From Takakia lepidozioides (taxonomy: Eukaryota > Plantae > Bryophyta), in NCBI GenBank assembly GCA_030704615.1, contig CM060733.1:34658001-34722000 (forward strand): a stretch of DNA of 64,000 bases, written 5' to 3'. The notes beneath the pieces were generated by a model that had not been told where the DNA came from, did not search any database, and worked only from the letters and a program-made list of their open reading frames with translations. Shown here piece by piece: positions 51,381-64,000 of this stretch (position 1 is the stretch's first letter; every line of letters starts with the position of its first letter). Position numbers and translations under genes: made by a program.

Positions 51381-52465
51381 TTTATCCCTCTCTCTCTCAA
51401 AAAGCCGTGTCCTCACGGTTTACTGTTTGGGATTAGCAAACCTTTGTGAGCGAGCACCCTTCTGACGGTGAGAGTCTCATGAAGGACTCCGTGTGCGAGC
51501 TCGAGTCCTGTCACTGGTTGACGGAGATGATTGAGCACTACCTGGAAATGTCTAACCCTCCTTTGGCTGATAACGAGGTAACCTCTCAGGCATATGAGAT
51601 CCCCGTCGTTTCTTCTCTGCCATCTGAAGTGCATAGTCCTCTGCCATGTCAAAAGAGTCCGCTGAAGAAACAGTAGTATCAGAATCCTCGTCTCCCCTTA
51701 GGTGTTTTAACAGCTGAACTTTAAGTGGAATCCTGTGTGGCATACAATGTGGTCCGACCATATCTGGAAGTTTAAATTGTACAACTTGCTGTAAGCGCTG
51801 GCAAGCAAAATTAGTGAACGTCCTCAACTCCTTATCTGTATAGGTAAGAGGTGTGCCAATGATTTTGGAACAGTGTAAGTATTTCCATGCCTCATGTCCC
51901 TTAAAGAAAATATCCTCAGGGCCAAATTTCTGTGTTGTTAAATTGTTCCAAGCCGAATGAAACCATGAACGAAGTTGGGAATCCTTCTGCATCATAACTT
52001 TTGCATCATATAGGTACATATGAGGTGGCACTGAAGGTAAGACCCAATGATCTCCACTGGAATAACTCAGAAATCGGGATTGCATCCTCTGCTGCTCAAT
52101 GTGATAACGTGCCAGAAAACAAGCAGCATAGTATAATCCACAGCCCATGACAATACTTGATACCTCATTGGTCTTGGTATAAATGTACCCACATACAACT
52201 TGGAAGGCAATTAATTCCTTCAACATGGACCTGCTTCAGACCAGTACCTCGCAAAGTGATGATCCTCAATGGGTCGATTGTTCGGAAGAACCTTAGTCCT
52301 AGTTGCCACTGGCAGCCAAATGCGCATGATCTGGTAGTAATGTGCCAACGATTGCGGAGGACTAAATTCCTTCCAAGCCAAATCCAACACAATGGGAATT
52401 TGGTTGAAGGGCATAATCATAGCCCGACTGTACTCCCGTGCAGCAGGAGTCTTAGGTGGGTTAAA

Positions 52466-53190
52466 TGTCGCACACCTCACTTCGGTAAACTCCCCTTCAA
52501 GTCATAGTTACTCGTTTTGATGCGCGCGCCTGACTCCCAACCTGGCCGCCGGGCCAACTTGGAGTTTCGGCTGCTCACCGGGACATAACGGTCCCCTTCC
52601 GCTTCCCTCTAAACCCTCCACCTATTTGGGACTAGGAGAATTCCCTTTGGTAGATGGCAGTCCGGAACAGCTCCCCACTCTTTGGTCGCTTTCCGGCTCG
52701 CTCGCTTACTCACTAGTTTTTGGTCACCAACGGGCTTGCACCATTCTCGGGGTTACTACTCCCTATATATACTTCTGTAGCTGTCCGCGGGGGTTCCACA
52801 ACCAGCCATGCCATTTTATGGCGAACCACCACGAAAACCCTCGACTCCCGGTGGTGAGTCGCGGTGAGTCTTGGCCCGCTCACCACGGCCCCTATGGACC
52901 GTGATGAGTCCCAAGACTCCCCACGACTCCCACCACGAGGTCTCCGCCCCCATGGTGAGTCCTATGCCACCCCCACTAAGTCCCACTAAGCTACCACCAC
53001 CCCTTGTGGAGCCACCCCCACCGCAACCCGGTGTGCGGGGCTCCACCTAGTGAACGCCTCCGCTTCCCTGAGTGCCTTGGGCACTCAAGGGTGCCGCAGC
53101 CCCCCATACCTATCGCTGCCGCTGCCCCCACCACAGGGGCAGCCCCTGATGTGTCCCGACCCCCTGCCCTCAAGGCAAAGGGCCGCGACA
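52466..53190 (-). repeat. Chromovirus 3' LTR
   Basis: Direct repeat of 58710-59452, preceded on the minus strand by GGTAGGGGTGTG (PPT-like). Confidence 0.95.
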
Positions 53191-54040
53191 CACACCCCTA
53201 CCAACAGGGAGTCGATGTCCTCATCGACTTGTCCATTTTGTAGAAACGAACATCCAAGCTGTGGCGTCCCACATCAAGGAGTTTGTTTCCGCACCATGGC
53301 GTCCCATGGCAAAGAACCAAACCCCACACTTGACTCTACTCTCCACTAGCTAGTTCGGCCGACTTCCTCCAAGTCCCGGCCAAGGGTGGAGCCTCTCCAG
53401 CTCCTCCCAGTGCACTCTTCTTGGCCTACTTCAAGGCCAAGGAACGATCCTCCCCGAGGATCGAATCGCCTTACTGCAACAACATTGCTTGCGATCGCTC
53501 ATGATGCCGCTTTTGGCATCACCTTGAGCAAGGGTTCACCTGGAACCCTCTTTGACTAGGAAGATAATCTTGAACCAACCGTGCGCCCCAATCACTACAA
53601 TTGGGTCCGCCTTGGAATGCTGGCCTGAGGTACGGGAACACGCCGAAGCCGCACTACGACTTCGTCCCGAGGCTACACGATTATAGTACGTGAACGGAAG
53701 CACGTAGCTTCCGCGTTAGCCCGCACTACAAGGCAACCCCCTCGGTAGCGCAGTTATAGTACGCGCACGCGCCAGGTGCGCACTAGCACGTGAACTCCCA
53801 AATAAGGCGCAAGTTTCCTTGCCCCTTGGATGGGAGTCACCCGATTTCGGCACTGCGCAAACACACGATTAACCCAATTTACCTCTCCCACTTTTGTAAG
53901 CTAGCATGCATTCTACACACTAGCCAACCACACCAAGCATCACCATTCCAAACACAATAGGACGCACAATATTTGGACCCATTTCCTTTATAACAAATTT
54001 TTGTACAATACAAGTTTTTGCAATCGGATTCCTGAGCTAG

Positions 54041-57000
54041 CTAAACCGGGCTAAGTATGCATTTCCTCCCCCACGCTCCAAGGTTGATGTCCCCATCAAC
54101 GTTTCTTCCGCTTTTGAGGTCGCCCTTCGAACGCTGCAACTGCCTCGGATGCGTTTCCCATTTCTGAGGCACGCACCAAGATGCCTCCACAAGATGATAG
54201 CCCTTCCATTTGACGAGATACTCCGTTTCTCGGTTCTTGAACCTCCTTGACTTAAGTATTGCCTCCACCTCGTACTCAGGTTCATTTTCATGATCCAACA
54301 GCATAGGTGACGGGCGCAACACTTGCTGCCGATTCGGACGTGCTTCATCTTTGAAGTAAGGCTTCAAAAGGGAGACCTGGAATACTGGGTGCACCTTGCT
54401 GTTTGCCGGCAGCTCCAATTCATACACATCCTCATTCATAACCCTCCGAATGCGAAAGGGACCCGCATACGGAGGTACGAACTTCGGACTCACTTCCGGA
54501 GGTAGTCGAAAATTCTTGATGTTCAACCAGACCTCTGTGCCTGCCTCAAACTTCACTTCCCTCCGCTTCCGATTCGCCTGCCTTTCATACCGTTTCCTAG
54601 CTTTGGCAATGTTGTACTTTGCGAGCTTCAACAAACGCTCGCGTTCTTCCAGTACCGCCGCTACTGCCGGTTCCTCAACGTCCTGGGCGGCCCAACTTGT
54701 CGGCACCAGAGGTGCTTTTCCATTGACCAACACAAAAGGGGAAACTCCCGTCGCGGAGTGTTCTGTGTTATTATAACAGAACTCTGCCGCGTCTAAGTGT
54801 TCTATCCAGTCTGATTGGTCTGCCGACACGTAATTCCGCAAGAATTGCTTCACTACGGAATTCACTCTTTCCGTTTGGCCGTCCGTCGTAGGTCGGAAGG
54901 CGGTGCTCATCTTCAGCCTCGTCCCCATCTTCTTCCAAAGTGCTCTCCAGAATTTACTCGTAAACTTTGGATCGCGGTCCGAGACAATATCCTTCGGGAC
55001 TCCATGATGCTTTAAGACGTGGGCGAAGTAAAGTCGCCCTGTCTCCTGCGCCGTTGCCGTCTCCTTGGTGGGGATGAAATGGGCCATTTTACTGAACCTA
55101 TCTACCACCACCATGATTGCATCGAATCCTTTTGACAGCGGCATAGCAGTCATGAAATCCATCGAGACGCTTTCCCAAGTCCCCTCTGGAATCGGCAAGG
55201 GTTGTAACAGCCCCGCTTGCTTTTTGTACTCGCTCCGGTTTTGTTGGCATGTGGTGCATGTCTTGACATACTCCTCTGCCTCCTCCCTCAGTTTGGGCCA
55301 GAAATACTCTTTCTTCAAGAGTGCCGCAGTGCGCTTGGCTCCACCGTGGCCCGCAAGCGGGCTATCATGGCATTCTCTCAAGAGACTATCCCTGATCCCT
55401 CCCTTTGGCACATAGAGACGTTTTTGCTTATACCGGAGCAGTCCGTTTTGCAAGTGGAACTGCGATTTAACCCCCATTCTCAAGTCCTCATCACGCACTT
55501 TGCCAGCTCATCCTTCCGGCAAGCCTTCCGGATCTTCCTTTGGAGCGCCGTCTCGCCCTTGTACACCAACAAGAGCTGCTGCTTTCTACTTAAAGCATCG
55601 GCCACCACATTGTCCCGTCCCGGTTTGTACTGGATATCCACGTCGAACACTGCCAAAGTATCTTGCCACCTAAGTTGTTTTGGGGACAACTTGGGCTGCG
55701 TGGCAAAATACTTCACCGTGACATTGTCCGTGAACACCTTCACTGGGTTGGAACCAACATAGTGGCGCCAGAGTTCAAGGCAATGCACCACCGCCTTCAT
55801 CTCTTTTTCGTGCGTCGGCCACCGTCGCTCCACTTCATTCAGTTTCTTACTTTCGTAAGCCACTGGACGTCCATCTTGCATAAGTACACCCCCAATTGCG
55901 AAGTCCGATGCATCTGTATGAATCTCAAACGGACGATCGAACTCCGGGATTTTCAAGACTGGAGCTTCCGTCATCCGCTGCTTCAATTCAGCAAAAGCTT
56001 GGCCACAAAATGTGTTCCATACCCAGACTTTGGATTTACACAGAAGGTCCGACAGCGGCCCCGCGATCTTGGCGAAATTTCTCACATACTTCCGGTAATA
56101 GGAGGCGAGTCCTAGGAAGGATCGCACTCCCGGGACCGAAGTCGGAGGCTCCCAGTCCAAGATCGCCCTCACCTTTCTGTCATCCATTTTGATCCCATCC
56201 TGTGTAATCACATGCCCAAGAACTCCACTTTTGTGACCCCGAATTTGCACTTTGAAGCTTTGGCATACAGCTTCCCTTCTCGCAATTTCTGGAACACCCT
56301 TTTGATGCTCCAGGTGCTCCTCCTTTGTTTTCGAGTACACCAAGATGTCGTCGATGTACACGATCACGAAGTCATCCAACCACTCTTGGAAAAGGCTGTT
56401 CATCAGCGTGCTAAATGTCGCTGGTGCATTGGTGAGCCCAAAAGGCATCACCAAAAACTCATATGAACCATACCTTGTCCTGCACGCGGTCTTCTCCTCA
56501 TCTCCTTCTGCCACCCAAATTTGGTGATAGCCGGAGCGCAAGTCGATCCGGCTGAAATACTTCGCTCCTGCCAACCGATCGAAGAGGTCGTCGATCCTTG
56601 GCAAAGGGTACCGGTTTTTGATAGTCACCTTATTCAGAGCCCTGTAATCGACACACATCCGCAGCGTCCCATCCTTCTTGTCTGCAAATAGCACCGGGGC
56701 TCCGTAAGGTGACTTACTCGGCCGGATGTACCCCTTTGACATTAGATCCTTGAGCTGAGTCTTCAGCTCGACCAACTCTCTGTGGCTCAACCGGTAGGGC
56801 GCCTTGGCAGGCGGTCCCGCTCCCGGTATCACCTCAATCTTGTGGTCAACTCCTCTTCGCGGTGGCAAGCCGCTTGGTAAGTCCTCCGGCATCACATCCT
56901 GGTATTTCTCCAAAATCCCTTGATCCAATCTGGGCTCGGCTCCCCATCGCCTTCTCCTTTCACTTCTCTAATGTAAAGCAAAAACTGGGACTCGTGTGCC

Positions 57001-58481
57001 TCCTCCACGGCCCACTCCTTTGTTGACAGAAGGTTTATTCGCCCTCCCACGGATTTGGGCGTTTCCGACACTCGTAAAACCTCGTCACCATTCCCACATG
57101 GGAGCGTGACTACTCTCTTGCGGCCATCTATGACCGCTCCGGATTTGCTCAGAAAGGTCATCCCTAAAATGAGATCCACTCCATCGATCTCGCAGATAGT
57201 GAAGTTCTCACGTCCCTCCCACTCCCCAGTTGAAGAGGAACATCAAACGCCAACCTTGTCGCCAACTGAGGTTCTCCTTTGGCAGAGCGCACCTCAATAG
57301 AGGCCCCCACGTCACTTGTCGGGAGTCCCAACTTTCGCGCCGCCACCGGCGTCATGAAGGAGTGCGACGCTCCTGTGTCCACCAACAACGACACGTTAGT
57401 TCCGGATATTATCCCATCCACGAACAATAATGACTCCCTTTTCGCAGGGCGCCAGTTTCCTGATACAACTCACAAGAATAGTTGCCTACCTTGCAAGTCC
57501 TGGGCGACTACCGCTTCCACCAAGCGACTGATGGTATCTTCTGACAGCTCCGTGGTCGCCCGAGTCATGTTCAATTGCCGGGGCTTCGTGCACTTCTTGG
57601 CCATGTGCCCGGGCTCCCCGCAATTGAAACACACTCCATCAAAGGTCGCCTTCTGTCCGCCATAAGCCGCTCCACCCACCCGCTTTTCCTTTCGAAGCAC
57701 CGGGTGCCGCCTTGACGTGTGAAGGACCTCCCTTCGATTTCCACGTGCCATTTTCGCCGCATGGCCTATCCCACTTCTTTTCCGGTCGGGAGGAGTCACC
57801 TTCCCGCCGGGTCTTCTTGTGGTTCAGCTCCGTACGGCCTTGTCTCTCACCCCTAGGGACATCCGAGAAACATTCAGCTCTCTCAATTGCCTCGTTCAAA
57901 GTCTTGGGTGGCTTCTCCTCCAACTTCCGCCTAGCCCATGGGGCCAGTCCTGCCACAAAGTTGAAGACCATTTCTGGTTCTGCCATGTCCGCGACTTCGA
58001 GCAACAGCACATTGAAAGCCTGGACATACCCCCGAATGTCGTCTGTTTGCTTCAAATTCCTCATCTTGTCCCGGGCAAGCCAGGATGCGTTGAGGGGCAC
58101 AAACTGTCTCTTCATCAATTCCTTGAACCCACTCCAGTTCAAGGTTTCCGGGCTTGGGCCTCGGTCGTGAAGGCGTTTCTGCCACCATTGTTGAGCATAG
58201 CCCCTCAAATAGGTGGGAGCCACTTCCACCCGATCCTCGTCACTCAACTTGGCCGCCCGGAAGTACTACTCTAGCTCCAGGAGCCAGGTGTTGAGTGCCT
58301 TCCGGTTTCGAACGCCCTCGAAGGTGCCGGGTTCCTTAGGCTTCACCTTAAACTTTGCCTTAGTGGAAGTGGCATTAGCCGCCTTCAACACGTCTTTCAA
58401 CGTCCCGCCAAACTGCGCCAACAACCCTTCCCAAAAGGCTGCCGGCATGGGAGGCATCTCTTGGTTTGTCGGAGCTCTCAA
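54041..58481 (-). pseudogene. gag-pol: Chromovirus gag-pol (gag, PR, RT, RH, INT, chromodomain) with a few frameshifts and stops
   Basis: [75 protein letters not shown]...EYLVKWKGY...ASW. Confidence 0.95.
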
Positions 58482-58695
58482 GGATTCCTCGGGCTCCGAC
58501 TCCTCGGATTCCTCCCGCTCTGAGCGGCCTCGTTTTCGGAAACATTCATCGCTTCCTCAAACGGCCGCCTCGGTGACACGTCGCCCCCATCGGGCTCACC
58601 GGGATCATCATCTTTTGGGCCGTTCCGCTTTCGCTTCGGCTTGCCCGACCCCATGATGAGGCCAATCCCAAGGACGATCGCGTACTGAACTCTAA

Positions 58696-58707
58696 GCTCT
58701 GATACCA
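58696..58707 (-). other. tRNA-Met primer-binding site
   Basis: TGGTATCAGAGC on the minus strand, 2 nt inside the 5' LTR boundary. Confidence 0.93.
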
Positions 58708-58709
58708 AA

Positions 58710-59452
58710 TGTCGCACACCTTACTTCGGTCATAGTTACTCCTTTCGCGTCATAGCTCGCTTTGATGCGCGCGCCTGACTCCCAACCTGGCCGCCGGGCC
58801 AACTTGGAGTTTCGGCTGCTCACCGGGACATAACGGTCCCCTTCCGCTTCCCTCTAAACCCTCCACCTATTTGGGACTAGAGAATTCCCTTTGGTAGATG
58901 GCAGTCCGGAACAGCTCCCCACTCTTTGGTCGCTTTCCGGCTCGCTCGCTTACTCACTAGTTTTTGGTCACCAACGGGCTTGCACCGTTCTCGGGGTTAC
59001 TACTCCTATATATACTTCTGTAGCTGTCCGCGGGGGTTCCACAACCAGCCATGCCATTTTATGGCGAACCACACGAAAACCCTCGACTCCCGGTGGTGAG
59101 TCGCGGTGAGTCTTGGCCCGCTCACCACGGCCCCTATGGACCGTGATGAGTCCCAAGACTCCCCACGACTCCCACCACGAGGTCTCCGCCCCCATGGTGA
59201 GTCCTATGCCACCCCACTAAGTCCCACTAAGCTACCACCACCCCTTGTGGAGCCACCCCCACCGCTTGTGGAGCCATCCCCACCGCAACCCGGTGTGCGG
59301 GGCTCCACCTAGTGAGCGCCTCCGCTTCCCTGAGTGCCTTGGGCACTCAAGGGTGCCTCAGCCCCCCATACCTATCGCTGCCGCTGCCCCCACCACAGGG
59401 GCAGCCCCTGATGTGTCCCGACCCCCTGCCCTCAAGGCAAAGGGCCGCGACA
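58710..59452 (-). repeat. Chromovirus 5' LTR
   Basis: Adjacent to the PBS; direct repeat of 52466-53190. Confidence 0.95.
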
Positions 59453-62053
59453 TTAAAAGCAGCATCCCCCCATACCTCAGGCTGTGGTGTGGCTGTAGTA
59501 ACCTGCACAGTCACTTGCTGTGGTATTGGTACCACTGGCCCTTCTACCACTGGCATCTCCTGCACCCCTTGCAAAGAAGACTGAAAAATTAGAGTCATGG
59601 CATGTAAATAAGTAGCCATTAGTTGCTCCTCAGGTACAAAGACTCTCTTGCAATATTTGAACTCAGGTCATCCACCTGAGTCTGCAGGCCTTCTACATCC
59701 TCCTGTAGCTCCGCTATCCTACTATAGACATTGTCTATAGTAATTGTGGCAATGTTCTGCACCTGCAGTCTGAGCTCATTCATCTCGCCCTGGGTGAGCT
59801 TCCGTGGTGCTTTGCCTTCCACCAGCCCTTGTGCTAACCAGACCTGCATAAGGTGGTTATCCACCAAGTCGTGTGTGGCACCCCTGAGAGTCTGCTCCTC
59901 CGTGAGTCTGTACACATCTAACTGCTGCTGTAAAGCCTCCATGCGCTTTGCATGAAGTTCAACCAGACTCGCATAGGCAGCAGCCAGATTATTGGCTTCC
60001 TTCCAAGCCTTGTTAGCGACAGAGAGTTCATTTCTATTGACCATGACTGTTTGTTGCAACTCCAGGATGTACCTCTCCTGGTCAGCCTCAACCTGTCTGT
60101 ATTATTTGAAAGTATTCTCATTGCGACAGATTGTATTCTTCATATCAACAATGAGTTTCGCTTGCTCTATTATCTCTGCTTCTGCCTTCATACATCTCTC
60201 CCCTTGTCTGTTAACTTCTAATGCAATTTGCTCAAGAGTAGTTATGAATGTAGCACATTGTATGGTCATCTTCTCATGTACTGCCTGCAACTCTGTATGT
60301 AGTACATTCACTTCTTGCAACTTGTCCTCATGCTTCACTTGCATTTGGTATAACTGTTGCTTATGTGCTTCATGCAACTGGTCCTGCTCGAGGCCTGCTT
60401 CAATCAAATGTCCCTTGGCCAACTGCAAAGCAGCCTTTGTGTCCTCCAACTCTTGCTGTAACTTGAGATTGACCTCCTCATCTACCTTGTTAGTACACTC
60501 AGTGGCAATTTGAGCCTCAAACTCCTTCCTGAGTTCCTCCCTCAAAGCTGCCAATTGGGTAGATGGAACATGGGATTTCACATAAGTGCCCAACAAATTA
60601 AGTGTTCTGCTTATGGAACTCATAAGCATGGCCTGCTGAGGGTCATCATGGTGAACTTGCTGTCGTTCTCCCTGATCCTCCATAGTGTGATGCCTCATCA
60701 ACCATTCAGGCCATTGCCCCACCAGATTCTCTTCCTGAACCACCTCATCCTGCAGTGTCTTGATATTCTACCCCTGGTACCTCCATCACAGGTGTGGGTA
60801 TTACATGCACAGCAGGGTTTTTCCTTGACAACCGCTGCACCTCTGGAACCACTGATTCCCTTACCAAGCCAGAGTTTTCATAGAGAAGGTCACCCTTCTC
60901 AATTTTGGCCACGACCTGCTCTGTAGTGGGAATGTCCAACCTTTCTCCTTCCAGAGCAATTGGGGGTGATGTCACAACATGTACTAACTGTGGAACCTCT
61001 AAAACAACTGAGTCAATTGGTTGTGGTGGTTGTGGTATTGAATTGACTTCCTCTTCCCTCTCCAAAGGCCGTGCTTCCAATAATAACAGCCTTCTGTGCT
61101 GCTGTGCCCCATCCTGCACAAGAGCTTGGGAAACATCATCGTGCGGTTTCCGTGATGCCAGTGGATCCGCCACTATAGTCATACCCCGCCTCTGTCTCTT
61201 AGACTGTGTGACACTGTGATGGGCTGCGATAGGCTGTGTCACGCTGTGATGGGCTGTGATAGGCTGTGTGACACTGTGATGGGCTGTGACAGGCTGTGTC
61301 ACGCTGTGATGGGCTGTGATAGGTTGTGTGATACTTGTACTTCCCGCCTTGGTCATACACGCTCGGCTTAACGACAAGTGCTCCATACTCTGTTGGTATC
61401 ACTGGCGCAGCCCGTGACTGCTTTTGCGTTTCAACATGCAAATCGTGCTGCAATGGTTTGTCATGGATACCACTGTACCCCTTCAACTTATTGGCATTGA
61501 CTCTTCCCAACATCTCTTTGTTAATGGTTTGTAATATGGCGGTGTTGTTATCATACATCTTCTGTATGACATAAGGTCCTTTCCATGGTGATTTAAGCTT
61601 AGAAGCTTTAATCTTCCCCTTCTTCTGCAACCAGAGAACCAAATCTCTCGTCTTAAAAGTCTTTAATTTGCCTTCATCAAACTATTCCTTCATCTTCATC
61701 TGAATTCTGGTCATGTTATTAGCTGCATCAGCACGTACTTCTTCCACATGGTATAATTCATGTTTCCTGACCTTAATTGAATCTTCCAATTCCATTATCT
61801 TTCCCCATTCAGTTCTCATGGTAGGTAACAAGAATTCCACTGGAAGTAAAGCTTCCATACCATAAACTAATTGGAATGGTGTATACTTAGTGGTGACTTT
61901 ATATCAAGTCATGTATGACCACAAAGCTGTCAGCAGCTTTGTATCCCAATCCGTTCTGTTTGCATTGACTATCTTAGCCAAGATAGTACATAGTATTTTG
62001 TTAGTAGCCTCTGCCTGCCCATTACCTTGTGGGTAATATGTTGTACTTTTCCT

Positions 62054-64000
62054 AATGCAGAATCAGCACCGTCCGGGGGTCGCAAAGTGCGACGCCTGGA
62101 CGTCACAATTTAAGGGGGTACATTTGAATTTAGGCGGGAAAATTTGAATTTGGAATTCGAATTTCAAAAACTTGTGGACCATTGACTCCGGTTCTGTCTA
62201 ATGGCGATATGTTCATTGTTCTACATATATTGTGCAATGCATACTTGAACCTAAGACCTCCACGTTATAACATTTCTAAGACATTACAAACTAACCAACA
62301 CACCTACGCTACATCTATGTATCACAAAAACAATCTATATATATATATACATATAAAGATTTCCTTCAAGTTCCTTCAAGTTCCTTCTAAGGGGTCTCTC
62401 TTGTGACGCCGGGGAATTGCAACCTTCACAGCCTTAGTGCCCAGCCCCAGCCCCAGCCCCAACATCGTCGCCGTTGTTGTACCCCCCCACCGTCAGGCGC
62501 CCCAAGTGACGTCATTGTGATGACTTAAGCTGACCACAACACCATTGCGACCCCTGTGGCGATGCCGTTGCGACCCCCTGGCGTTGCAACGTTGGGCGTT
62601 CTAGCGCGGGGCGCCCCCAACGACGCTTTTGTGAAGTTAAGGGCCGCAAAGCCCAAAAAAAAAAAAAAAAAAAAAAAAAACTTTCACTCTGGTGATGCTA
62701 TTGCGACGCAGAGGCGTTGGGGCGCCCTTAGTGACGCTTTTGTGACGCCGAGGCGTCGCAACGTTTTATTTTTTTATTTTATTTTTTTAAATTTCCGACG
62801 CCCGGGAGTCGCAAGAAAAAAAAATCCGTCGCAATGAGGGCCATCTTTCCCCCTTCATGCACCTTACGACGGCTGGGCGTCGTAATGGTGTCGCAAGGGG
62901 GGGGGGGGGCGCGCAAAAAAGCGTCGCGGGCTTAGCGCTGCGCGGGGCGTGGGGGCGCGGCTGGCGTCGCAAACCCCCCATTTGCTGTAGTGTCTCCACT
63001 CCCCTTTCTTTGCTTACTCGGTTAGGTTGGGTTACTCTATATTAAGGCCAACCACTTCCTTCCTATCTAGATGGTCTGAAAAGTGGAACTACCTCAATCT
63101 GACATCGGCTAACTGGGACTCGATTTGGAAAGACATCTGGAAAAAACATAGGGCAGCTAAGATCTCCGGTTTTTTGTGGAAATTGGCTCACAGGATCCTG
63201 CCAGTCAATGCTAAGACCTCGTGCAACAACTCTACTTACAGTTTATGCTTGACACAGCCTGAGACCATCGAGCATTGTCTGGCAGAATGCTCTTTTTCAG
63301 CCAGAGTTGGAAAGCTGTGTTCAGCTTCTACTCCAATTGGGACATCCCCCACCCTTTCCTCTTTGCTGTTGCTGAATTTCCTCCTCCTCGCTTGCTTTCT
63401 TCATGCCCAATGTGAGACAATCTCAGGACTCTAACCTTGTGGAACCTTTGGAAGGTTAGATGTTGTTTCATGTATGAGGGGAAACCCCCTAGGGGAAGGT
63501 CAATTCTTTTTTGTATACCATGACCTGCTTACTGAGGGGAGGAAAGCATTGGACATATTGTGTGCAGTTTTTCCAGATCTTTTGAAGAACAGGGCAGACA
63601 GCTCGTCAATGACTTTTAGCAATCCTGGGGCAAAACGACACTCTCGGAACTTGTCTTCCCAACATACGGTTCCGCTGGAATGTCTCCACTCCCATAGCTT
63701 GGGATGTCCCCTATTGAGGGCAACGATGCAGACTTTAATTGGAGGCACAAAAAACCCTGCGTGACCAAGTTTGGGACCCAGCTGAGATTTTAGTGTGTAG
63801 TAGTTGTCTCTTTCCTCCACTTTTCTCCATGCTCCCTGTCTTGATTCACTCAAGCTTCTAGAATTTTTTGCTAGTTTGCTTCTCTCCTCATGCTTGTTTT
63901 TCTAGTAATATTTCTTGCTCAGGCTCATAGTATTCTCTTCATTCTCCAACTGCTCTCTACTTCCTCTTACATCTCCTCTTGCTTGTAGCTAGTATGCTTC
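62054..64000 (+). repeat. Direct segmental duplication of 12556-14432 (right part of the small CACTA, ending 62992, plus LINE zf-RVT and 3' UTR); runs off the window
   Basis: Near-identical sequence; begins inside the CACTA element and lacks its left TIR. Confidence 0.96.

Larger units (their letters stand above)
52466..59452 (-). mobile_element. Full-length Ty3/Gypsy chromovirus (Galadriel-like)
   Basis: LTRs 52466-53190 and 58710-59452 (TGTCGC...GCGACA); TSD TTAAA on both sides; empty site at ~4180-4184 in the other copy; tRNA-Met PBS; chromodomain integrase. Confidence 0.97.
47529..62054 (-). repeat. Inverted segmental duplication of 1672-8934 (Gypsy 3' half, LTR, LINE piece, left part of CACTA), interrupted by a 7-kb chromovirus
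   Basis: Continuous reverse-complement match that crosses element boundaries (LTR/LINE/CACTA junctions are retained); ends at CTTGTAAAC (47529 = 8934) and TTTTCCTA (62054 = 1672). Confidence 0.96.

Noticed and set aside
52895-52950. Hammerhead ribozyme in the chromovirus LTR (GTGATGAGTCCCAAGACTC)
   Set aside because: The core is GUGAUGA rather than CUGAUGA, and no GAAA follows stem II.
33051-64000. Pure assembly or chimeric-read artefact
   Set aside because: The copies differ by many substitutions, by multi-base indels private to either side (e.g. 15 bp at ~35479-35493, ~36 bp at ~50312-50347, ~60 bp at ~62775-62845) and by a TSD-flanked 7-kb insertion. This is judged unlikely but not excluded without reads; haplotype mis-joining remains possible.

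Overview
Eukaryotic, TE-dense DNA that is clearly plant. A non-seed land plant is my inference from the retroelement types. I found no intact host gene. From left to right: (1) the 3' half of a decayed Ty3/Gypsy element (RT-RH-INT, an extra ~900-codon sense ORF, PPT, LTR 5261-5929); (2) an L1-type LINE split by two CACTA elements; (3) a pseudogenised malectin-like/LRR receptor kinase (17172-26403); (4) a CYP85-clan P450 fragment; (5) a full-length but TSD-less Ty1/Copia element (27891-32975) abutting the N-terminus of a BAHD acyltransferase; (6) a 13.1-kb palindrome (arms ~33051-39387 and ~39845-46144, 457-bp spacer) whose fold-back point lies inside a MULE-like transposase; (7) a 1.4-kb gag shard; (8) an inverted copy of 1672-8934 (47529-62054) that later received a chromodomain Gypsy element (52466-59452, TSD TTAAA); (9) a direct copy of 12556 onward (62054 to window end). 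Apart from the gag shard and the later chromovirus insertion, everything right of 39845 is a re-copy of DNA left of it, joined at abrupt junctions, several with short homologies. This fits one serial template-switch rearrangement. Its centre resembles a natural 'Mu killer'-type hairpin locus with a Copia LTR pointing into it. All comparisons were made by eye, and coordinates may be off by a few bases.
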